Origin: an uncultured bacterium
GTDB lineage: Bacteria > Zixibacteria > MSB-5A5 > CAIYYT01
Direction: 5' to 3'
Length of the DNA stretch: 64,000 nt
Assembly: GCA_963726455.1 (NCBI GenBank)
Contig: CAVSCK010000005.1
Coordinates: forward strand, 384,001 to 448,000
Each line of letters opens with the position of its first letter. Position 1 is the stretch's first letter. Below the pieces are notes generated by a model, which was not told the origin of the DNA, ran no database searches, and saw only the letters and a list, made by a program, of their open reading frames with translations. The translations under genes were made by a program, and so were the position numbers. Positions 53,120 to 60,482 of the stretch are shown here, in pieces.

Positions 53120-53358
53120 GTAGGTCGGGTTCCGAGTCCTTTCTTGACTCGTCGTAGTGCATCCGAGTGAAATAGTCGCTTTCGACGAACATATAGTTTG
53201 ACGGCATCACGGGACGAGAAACCCGACATTCGATCATCGGGCAAGTGGAAATGTCGGGTTTCTCACTTGCGGCTCATTCTGCGACGGGTGACAAAGTTAA
53301 TGACTGTGATGTTTCGAATGCACAGCCACTTCAAGGCACCGTTCGGAACCCGACCTAC
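53120..53358 (+). mobile_element. 239-bp long-loop REP doublet, left flank of the RAYT
   Basis: GTAGGTCGGGTTCCGA-80nt-GAGAAACCCGAC-25nt-GTCGGGTTTCTC-78nt-TCGGAACCCGACCTAC. Confidence 0.9.
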
Positions 53359-53385
53359 GACTGACGCCTAGTCTATGATGGCACG

Positions 53386-53865
53386 ATGAAGACTTTAAGA
53401 CGTTACGAATTGCGCGACCGATTGTACTTTGTCACTGTCGTGACACATCACCGTGAGTCACTGCTCTTGATTGATCCGAGTCTATTTCGCTTATCGTGGG
53501 GAAGAGTGGAGCTTGTCGCGTGGGTATTGCTTCCAGATCATTTCCATGCGATCATCGAAGTTGGCGTGGACTCGATTTCCGATATGTTGCACGCATTCAA
53601 GATCAAGTATTCACGCAGATTTCGGGACAGCTTTCGCCCAGGCAGGGTCTGGCAGAATCGCTTCTGGGAGCATGTCATCCGTGACGAAGGTGATTTGAAC
53701 CGGCATACAGACTACATCCACTACAATCCGGTAAAGCATGAGATTTCACGGAGCCCGTTCGATTATCGACTTTCATCACTTGACGATTATTTTCGATGCG
53801 GACTCTATGAAAGAGACTGGGGAGTCAAAGAGCTGGTAACTTTCGAGGGAGAATTTGGCGAATGA
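53386..53865 (+). CDS. REP-associated tyrosine transposase (RAYT, Y1 HUH; E. coli YafM/TnpA-REP-like)
   Basis: YFVTVVT, AWVLLPDHFHAI (HUH), WQNRFWEHVIRD, DYIHYNPVKH (catalytic Tyr), GLYERDWG tail; flanked by GTAG repeats. Confidence 0.93.
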   Translation: MKTLRRYELRDRLYFVTVVTHHRESLLLIDPSLFRLSWGRVELVAWVLLPDHFHAIIEVGVDSISDMLHAFKIKYSRRFRDSFRPGRVWQNRFWEHVIRDEGDLNRHTDYIHYNPVKHEISRSPFDYRLSSLDDYFRCGLYERDWGVKELVTFEGEFGE

Positions 53866-53869
53866 TATC

Positions 53870-54108
53870 GTAGGTCGGGTTCCGAGTCCTTTGCTGACTC
53901 GTCGTAGTGCATCCGAGTGAAATGGTCGCTTTCGACGAACATATAGTTTGACGGCATCACGGGACGAGAAACCCGACATTCGATCATCGGGCAAGTGGAA
54001 ATGTCGGGTTTCTCACTTGCGGCTCATATAACCGGTGGTCCCAATGTTAATCTAATTGACCTTTCGTTCGCACTGGCACGGCAGACCACCGTTCAGAACC
54101 CGACCTAC
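53870..54108 (+). mobile_element. 239-bp long-loop REP doublet, right flank of the RAYT
   Basis: Direct repeat of 53120-53358 exactly 750 bp downstream; first ~158 nt nearly identical, second loop strongly diverged. Confidence 0.9.
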
Positions 54109-54134
54109 GTTTCGCAGCTCAGGAGACAGACTCA

Positions 54135-54986
54135 ATGACATCACCTGATTATTCCCCCAACGTCACCGCCTTTCGTGCCCTCCACCAATCCGGTTGCTTT
54201 GTATTGCCGAATCCGTGGGATATCGGGTCTGCGAAGATGCTGCAGCATCTGGGATTCAAGGCGCTGGCGACAACTTCGGCGGGATTCGCGTTTTCGCGCG
54301 GGTTGCCCGACTCGATGGCGGCTTTGTCGCTGGCGGACGTGCTGGCGCATATCAGGGAGATTGTCGCAGCAACACCGCTGCCGGTTAATGCCGATTTTCA
54401 GGCGGGATACGCAACTGATCTCGACGGCGTGGCAAAGAATGTGACGTCGTGTGTACAGACCGGTGTTGCCGGACTGTCAATCGAGGATGCTTCGGGAAAT
54501 CCGCAGAATCCTCTCTTCGATCGCGCCGTTGCAATCGAGCGTGTCCGCGCTACACGAAAGGCAATTGATGCTACTGGAACAGGTGTTGTTCTGACCGCGC
54601 GCTGCGAGGTGTATCTGTTCGGCAATCCTGATGCCAGACAAATTGCTCTTGATCGGTTGACCGCGTTTGCCGAAGCCGGCGCTGATTGCCTGTATGCACC
54701 CGGAGTGCGGGATATCAAAGTGATCGAAGAAATCGTCAAGGCTGTCGCGCCCAAACCGGTGAACGTGATTGCCTCGACGGCGCATCCAGATTTGACGGTG
54801 GCGAAACTTGCCGACGTCGGAGTACGTCGTATATCTGTGGGCTCGGCGCTGGCGCGGGTGGCCTGGAGCGCGTTTATCAGAGCTGCAGAAAGCATCGCCA
54901 GCACGGGAACGTTTGAGGCGTTTGCGGACATCACGCCGATTAAGACCCTCAACGAAATCTTTGACAGAAATTCGCGTAACCAATAG
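54135..54986 (+). CDS. Isocitrate lyase/PEP mutase family protein
   Basis: LPNPWD, LATTSAG, VNADFQAGY, GLSIED, AGADCLYAPG, RRISVG. Confidence 0.92.
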   Translation: MTSPDYSPNVTAFRALHQSGCFVLPNPWDIGSAKMLQHLGFKALATTSAGFAFSRGLPDSMAALSLADVLAHIREIVAATPLPVNADFQAGYATDLDGVAKNVTSCVQTGVAGLSIEDASGNPQNPLFDRAVAIERVRATRKAIDATGTGVVLTARCEVYLFGNPDARQIALDRLTAFAEAGADCLYAPGVRDIKVIEEIVKAVAPKPVNVIASTAHPDLTVAKLADVGVRRISVGSALARVAWSAFIRAAESIASTGTFEAFADITPIKTLNEIFDRNSRNQ

Positions 54987-54994
54987 GCAGGAAT

Positions 54995-55522
54995 ATGATC
55001 CAGCATCTCAAATGGAGCGAGCGCAAGTTCGTTCTTGATTTTCCGGTCGGGCTGATGCCGCAGTTTATCGAACGGCTGCGCGGCACACCGGCGCGAGTCG
55101 AGGAACTCTGCCGTGGACTTCAACCGGCGGTACTGACGCGACGCCTTGACGGCAAGTGGTCGATTCAGGAAAACATCGGGCATCTGATTCAAGTCGAGCG
55201 GTTGCACGACGGCCGCATTGATGATTTTCGCAAACGGGCTTCGACTTTGGGTGCCGCCAACTTGCAGAATCCCGCCACTGAAGCCGCAGATTACAACGCA
55301 CAATCCATTGCCTCGATTATGGCCGAATTCCGGAAAGCGCGAACGAACTTCATACGGCGCATCGAGGAGTTTCCCGACGACCTCGTCGGGCACGTCGCCA
55401 TGCACCCGCGGCTCAATGTGCCGATGCGATTGGTGGATATGCTCTATTTCGTCGGGGAGCACGACGACTTCCATTTTGCCGTGGCTGTCGAGCTGTTGCG
55501 CCGCCAGGGCGGAACGATCTGA
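54995..55522 (+). CDS. DinB_2/YfiT-like metal-dependent protein
   Basis: ERLRGTP, KWSIQENIGHL, HPRL, EHDDFH. Confidence 0.85.
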   Translation: MIQHLKWSERKFVLDFPVGLMPQFIERLRGTPARVEELCRGLQPAVLTRRLDGKWSIQENIGHLIQVERLHDGRIDDFRKRASTLGAANLQNPATEAADYNAQSIASIMAEFRKARTNFIRRIEEFPDDLVGHVAMHPRLNVPMRLVDMLYFVGEHDDFHFAVAVELLRRQGGTI

Positions 55523-55661
55523 ATTCCGGCAATTGGCTGCCAACAATCGCCATTTACGTCAAGTATCACTATCGCAGCAGGAAACCCAGCGCAAAGATTA
55601 TCGGACCGGAGAACGGGGAAAATTGTATATTGGAGAGTAACATTGCCCAAGACCGGCGCGC

Positions 55662-55700
55662 TCCCTCACCCCCGACCCCTCTCCCAATGGGCGAGGGGAG
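55662..55700 (+). repeat. CCCTCACCCC..CCCTCTCCC..GGGAGAGGG-type intergenic palindromic repeat
   Basis: CCCTCACCCCCGACCCCTCTCCC-AAT-GGGCGAGGGGA. Confidence 0.65.
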
Positions 55701-55705
55701 GAACG

Positions 55706-55773
55706 GTGGAATAAGCATTCCTGCTTGTCCGGGTGGTCAGGCGTATTGAGTCAGACAAGAATGTCTAACCTAC
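55706..55773. repeat. Inverted REP pair (REPIN-like) of the ACATTCYTGT type
   Basis: GTGGAATAAGCATTCCTGCTTGTCC facing GTCAGACAAGAATGTCTAACCTAC (minus strand GTAGGTTAGACATTCTTGTCTGAC). Confidence 0.6.
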
Positions 55774-55909
55774 TGAATCGTAGATGATACGGCGAGTAGG
55801 CAGCGGTCAAGGCCGAGTAGGGCTTTGACGATACCAAAGATGAAGGCAGAACAAAGCTTAGGGTAACCGACGACAAGCCATTGGAAGCGACAACAAAGAG
55901 GTTTACGAA

Positions 55910-56860
55910 ATGAATTACTTGGTAACAGGCGGAGCGGGATTTATCGGCTCCAATTTGGTCAGGGAACTTCTCAGCCGGGGCGAACAGGTTCGTATCCTCG
56001 ACAACTTCTCCACCGGACGCCGCCAGAATATCAAGGAATATCTGGACGACATCGAAGTCGTCGAGGGAGACATCCGCGATTTCTGGGTGACTTTCGATGC
56101 CTGCAAGGGTATTGACATTGTCCTGCATCAAGCAGCGTTGCCATCAGTCAACCGCTCGGTCGAAAATCCGCTGACCTCCAACGATGTTAACATTACCGGC
56201 ACGTTAACCGTGCTCGAATGCGCGCGCCGCCAGGGAGCCAAGAAGCTGTTCTTTGCGTCGTCATCGTCGGTTTATGGCGATACGCCGACTTTGCCGAAGC
56301 ATGAAGGCATGATACCGAGTCCGTTGTCACCGTACGCGATTTCGAAGTTAACAGGTGAACACTATTGCCGTGTCTACTCGAATCTCTATGGCATGCCGGC
56401 CATCGCGTTCCGTTACTTCAATGTGTTCGGGCCGAACCAAAACCCTGACAGCCAGTATGCGGCGGTCATACCCAAATTCATCAAGTCGATTCTCAGCGAC
56501 GAATCGCCGGTGTTCTTCGGTGACGGCCTGCAGTCGCGCGATTTTACCTACATCGACAACCTGACCAATGCCGTGCTGACCGCCTGCGAACAGGACGACG
56601 TCACACAGGGCGAGTACAACCTTGCCTGCGGCGGACAATACACACTGCGCGACCTCGTGGAGCAGCTTAATCTGCTTACGGGGAAGAATATCGAGCCCAA
56701 GATGGCGCCGGCACGTCCGGGCGATATCAAGCATTCGTTTGCGGATGTCAGTAAGATCGAAAAAGCGTTTGGGATCAAGCCGATAGTGAGTTTCAGCGAG
56801 GGGCTGGAAAAGACTATTGCGTTCTACAAACGCGAGGCGTTACTTACCAGTCGTGTCTGA
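55910..56860 (+). CDS. NAD-dependent nucleotide-sugar epimerase (WbpP/TviC-like extended SDR)
   Basis: TGGAGFIGS, HQAALPSV, SSSSVYG, YAISK, RYFNVFGP, RDFTY. Confidence 0.93.
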   Translation: MNYLVTGGAGFIGSNLVRELLSRGEQVRILDNFSTGRRQNIKEYLDDIEVVEGDIRDFWVTFDACKGIDIVLHQAALPSVNRSVENPLTSNDVNITGTLTVLECARRQGAKKLFFASSSSVYGDTPTLPKHEGMIPSPLSPYAISKLTGEHYCRVYSNLYGMPAIAFRYFNVFGPNQNPDSQYAAVIPKFIKSILSDESPVFFGDGLQSRDFTYIDNLTNAVLTACEQDDVTQGEYNLACGGQYTLRDLVEQLNLLTGKNIEPKMAPARPGDIKHSFADVSKIEKAFGIKPIVSFSEGLEKTIAFYKREALLTSRV

Positions 56861-57731
56861 TATACCCCGCAACACTACGGCCAACGGCGCATTGGCACCA
56901 GAGGTTTCGGCCTCAATTCCGCTTTGGCAAATTGGCGCGCTGGCCGCTGCGTTCCTGCTTCTGTATTTCCCGATCATCATCGATCTGGTCTACGACTGGT
57001 ACACCGATCCCAATTACGGTCACGGATTTCTGATCATACCGGTTGTCGCCTGGGTTATCTGGCGCAAGCGCGAAGTGCTCAAAACTATTCCCTTGGAAAC
57101 CAGCAAATGGGGCCTGCCGGTTATCGGGGCATCCCTGCTGTTGTTCATCGCCGGTACTGCCGGAGCGGAATTTTTCACCACTCGCGTCTCGATGGTGGGG
57201 CTGCTACTGGGAATCACGCTTTACATGGCCGGCCAGCGTTTCGTGCGGGAGATCTGGTTTGCGTTTTTCTTCCTGTTGTTCATGATTCCGGTGCCATACA
57301 TCATCTACTATAGCGCCACATTCCCGCTGCAATTGCTAGGTTCGAAAATCGCGTCCGGCGTGCTCACGGTCGCGGGAATTCCGCATTTACGACAGGGCAA
57401 CATCATTCACCTGCCCGACAATTATTCGCTTGAGGTCGCAGAGGCCTGTTCGGGCTTACGGTCACTGGTGTCATTGCTGGCGCTGGGGGCGTTGCTGGGA
57501 TATTTGACGCTCAAGACGAAATGGAAAGCCATCACACTCTTTGTCGCGACGGTACCGATTGCGATCGCCGCCAATATTTTCCGCATCTCGATCACCGCGA
57601 TCGGCGCTTACGGCATCTCGCGCGCGATCGCCGAGGATTTTCTGCATGAACTATCGGGAACGATCGTGTTTATGTTCAGCTTGATTTGCCTGCTGATCTT
57701 AAGCTCGATCCTGCGCATGGGGAAGAAATGA
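56853..57731 (+). CDS. Exosortase (EpsH family)
   Basis: W..DPNYGHG, FMIPVP, PLQ, VAEACSGLRS (Cys), NIFRI (Arg), FLHELSG (His). Confidence 0.93.
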   Translation: MSDIPRNTTANGALAPEVSASIPLWQIGALAAAFLLLYFPIIIDLVYDWYTDPNYGHGFLIIPVVAWVIWRKREVLKTIPLETSKWGLPVIGASLLLFIAGTAGAEFFTTRVSMVGLLLGITLYMAGQRFVREIWFAFFFLLFMIPVPYIIYYSATFPLQLLGSKIASGVLTVAGIPHLRQGNIIHLPDNYSLEVAEACSGLRSLVSLLALGALLGYLTLKTKWKAITLFVATVPIAIAANIFRISITAIGAYGISRAIAEDFLHELSGTIVFMFSLICLLILSSILRMGKK

Positions 57732-58366
57732 AGAAATTCGGCATGGTGATGGCATTGTTAATACCGTTCGGTTTGCTGGCGATCGTTCTCCGGTATATGG
57801 AAATCGAGCCCAAGCAACCGTCGCAGTTGGCATCCATGCCGCTCTTGATCGGCAACTGGACCGGCGAGGAATTCCCTATTAATGATGCCACAGCGTCGGT
57901 GCTGAAGGCATCTGATGCGGTGGTGCGTAACTACACCGACTCTACCGGCAATAACATCGGGCTGTTCGTCGCCTACTTCCGCGACCAGAAATACGGTTCG
58001 CAGATACACTCGCCACGCCATTGCCTGCCGGGCGGTGGTTGGGTGGTTTCCGGGCTGGAGCGGGTCCCGTTCGACCTGGGGACGCGCCAGATTACCGTGA
58101 ACCGCATGACGATCACCCACAAGGCGCAAGTTGACCAGATGTTTTACTGGTTCCACACGCGTTCCGGCGACCTGACCTCCGAGTATGCCCTCAAATTCGA
58201 CCTGGTCAAGAATTCCCTCTTGTTCTCGCCCACCGATGCGGTTATCATTCGCCTGACCGTGCCGCAGGGAAAACGAACCCCGGCGGAATGTCAGCAAGTG
58301 GCGGAGAAATTCATGCAGGGCGTCCTGGGCGATATTCGCAAGGCGCTCCCATTTACCACGATTTAA
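57728..58366 (+). CDS. EpsI family exosortase-associated protein
   Basis: N-terminal TM; P..IGNWTG, RNY, IHSPRHCLPGGGW, YWF. Confidence 0.9.
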   Translation: MKKFGMVMALLIPFGLLAIVLRYMEIEPKQPSQLASMPLLIGNWTGEEFPINDATASVLKASDAVVRNYTDSTGNNIGLFVAYFRDQKYGSQIHSPRHCLPGGGWVVSGLERVPFDLGTRQITVNRMTITHKAQVDQMFYWFHTRSGDLTSEYALKFDLVKNSLLFSPTDAVIIRLTVPQGKRTPAECQQVAEKFMQGVLGDIRKALPFTTI

Positions 58367-59248
58367 ATGCCATTACGAGCCGTAATCAAGCTGCTTCGCC
58401 CCAGCCAATGGGTGAAAAACCTTGTCGTTTTCGGCGCGCTGATTTTCGCTCGCGAATTCACTGACAGCGCCAAGATCGGCAAAGCCGTATTCGCATTCGT
58501 AATCTTCTGCCTGTTGTCCTCCACGATCTATATCATCAACGACATCATCGATCGTGAGTCGGATCGCTCCCACCCCCTCAAGAAAAATCGACCCCTGGCT
58601 TCAGGTGTGATCAAACCCGCGACGGCGTGGATCATGGCGTTCGTCATCGGGGGAGTTGCCGTCGGATTGACTCTGACCATGCCGGATCTGTTCATGCTGA
58701 CGGTAATCGTCTTCCTGATTTTCAATATCCTTTACTCGCTGCTGCTGAAGAAGATCGTCATCATAGATGTGATGGCAATTGCTGCCTCATTCGTCATCCG
58801 CGCCACGGCCGGGTCATTCGCGATCGGCGTGCCCAATTCATCCTGGTTGGTGGCCTGCACGTTCCTGTTGGCATTGTTCATCGGCTTCGGCAAACGGCGA
58901 CATGAAATTGTGACGCTCGGCCAGGAAGCCGCCAGCCACCGTATCGCTCTGAAAAGCTATTCCGCGTACTTTCTGGATCAGCTAATCGGGGTGGTTACAG
59001 CGTCGACGGTTGTGGCTTACACGTTCTATACGCTTTCTCCAGAGATCCAGCAGAAGCTGGGGGTCAGCCATCTGGAATTGACGATTCCGTTCGTCCTGTA
59101 TGGTATCTTCCGCTACCTGTATCTGATTCATCAGGAGGAAAAGGGTGGTTCGCCGACTGAGCTGCTGCTGTCGGACATACCGATTCTGATAAACGTCGTC
59201 CTCTGGTTCCTGGCGGTGATGGCGATTTTCTCGCTTTCCGGGAACTGA
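58367..59248 (+). CDS. UbiA family decaprenyl-phosphate phosphoribosyltransferase-like protein
   Basis: RPSQWVKN, YIINDIIDRESDRSHPLKKNRPLASG, KRRHE, YGIFRYL, GSPT. Confidence 0.92.
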   Translation: MPLRAVIKLLRPSQWVKNLVVFGALIFAREFTDSAKIGKAVFAFVIFCLLSSTIYIINDIIDRESDRSHPLKKNRPLASGVIKPATAWIMAFVIGGVAVGLTLTMPDLFMLTVIVFLIFNILYSLLLKKIVIIDVMAIAASFVIRATAGSFAIGVPNSSWLVACTFLLALFIGFGKRRHEIVTLGQEAASHRIALKSYSAYFLDQLIGVVTASTVVAYTFYTLSPEIQQKLGVSHLELTIPFVLYGIFRYLYLIHQEEKGGSPTELLLSDIPILINVVLWFLAVMAIFSLSGN

Positions 59249-59362
59249 AGAGGATTTGGTGCATAACATGGCAATAAGAGCGGCTGTTGGCCGATTGTGC
59301 GATAACCTTGTAGAACCTGTATGATTACAGTACCGAAGGATTTTGTGATGAAAGCTGATCTA

Positions 59363-60256
59363 ATGCGATACGTCATTGCCCTGTTGCTGCTGTCTTTGAC
59401 CGCATCTTGCAGCAGCGATAATACCAAGACCGCCGATAATAATTCCGGCCCGTCGATACCTGCGGGGGCCGAGTTCACCGGCTTCAGCGTGTCCGGCACC
59501 CCCAAGGCCTTTGACAGGGGCGGCGCCTGGGATAACCTTGGCGACAAGGCCGACAAATTCCTTTACAACGGTTTCGAGAAGGGCATGTCGACCCAGTACG
59601 TATCCGATGACAAAGCTCGCAATCTGAAAATCGATGTCATGAAGTTCTCCGAACCGGAGCGCGCCTACGGATTGTATTTGTATCTGCGCCCGGCAAAATC
59701 TCATCCCGTTGACGTGCAACCGCTGGGATGTTTTGGTAAAGATACATTGTTGTTTGTGAAGGGCTCATACCTGGGCAGAGCGGTCGGTTCCTACTCCAAT
59801 TCGGAAACGGATCTGATCCTGGCATCCAGGATGGCGTTGTCGAAGATTACGGATTCGGTAATGTTGCCGGTTCAAGTGCAGTACTATCCAGCCGAGGGGA
59901 TGATACCTAATTCGCAGACCGTCCTGCTTGATGACATCGGCGGCATGAGCGTCCAAAGCAATTTGTTCGGCGCTTCCTATCTGGTTGACGGAGACACTGT
60001 TCACGTCTATGTCCAAGCGAATCCAGGAGCCGGACCGACAATGGCGGTGAGCAAGTTTATTGGTAAAGAGGGTCGCGTAAAAGATTATCTCATGGATTCC
60101 GATACGCAGGCGCTTACCGGCACGGACGGCCAGGGAAGATATGTTTACTGCGCGGTAAGGAATAATGTTCTCTGTGCCATCGTCGGCAGGATCGACTTGA
60201 AAGCCGAGCAGGAGTTGGCCGACAAGTGTTTTGCGCTGGCGGCTAAGTCGCAGTAA
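59363..60256 (+). CDS. Putative lipoprotein
   Basis: Lipobox LTAS-C; G.A..FL.NGF..Y..DVM.F..AYGLY pattern (DUF6599-like, tentative). Confidence 0.7.
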   Translation: MRYVIALLLLSLTASCSSDNTKTADNNSGPSIPAGAEFTGFSVSGTPKAFDRGGAWDNLGDKADKFLYNGFEKGMSTQYVSDDKARNLKIDVMKFSEPERAYGLYLYLRPAKSHPVDVQPLGCFGKDTLLFVKGSYLGRAVGSYSNSETDLILASRMALSKITDSVMLPVQVQYYPAEGMIPNSQTVLLDDIGGMSVQSNLFGASYLVDGDTVHVYVQANPGAGPTMAVSKFIGKEGRVKDYLMDSDTQALTGTDGQGRYVYCAVRNNVLCAIVGRIDLKAEQELADKCFALAAKSQ

Positions 60257-60482
60257 TTTCGAGGCGCCCTGCATTCTGTGGCAACCTGGAGAGCCGATCT
60301 GATTGTCGGCAACTGCTTAGCCGAATCTCTGACAGGCAACATCTCGACGCAACTCAAACTTCGCCTGATTATACCCGTAAGCTCTCGTGAGTCACGATGG
60401 GGACACCCTTTATTAGCTTGCTACGCCTGCGCAACCGGATTATCTTGCCGCCGTATAACAGCTAAGGAACTGGAATTGGGAA

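Noticed and set aside
53386-53865. IS200/IS605 element with TnpB
   Set aside because: No tnpB is present, and the protein motifs and GTAG flanks match RAYT rather than IS200 TnpA.
52848-53994. Duplicated minus-strand ORFs starting MPDDRMSGF/MIECRVSR
   Set aside because: By-products of translating the repeated REP element and the antisense of gyrA/RAYT.
53120-54108. CRISPR array interpretation of the box/spacer pattern
   Set aside because: The boxes alternate in orientation, the 'spacers' retain ungapped homology, there is no tandem array and no cas gene; the adjacent gene is a RAYT.
55788-55822. Short direct repeat CGAGTAGG upstream of the epimerase as an ops-like element
   Set aside because: Does not match GGCGGTAG and is too short to support.
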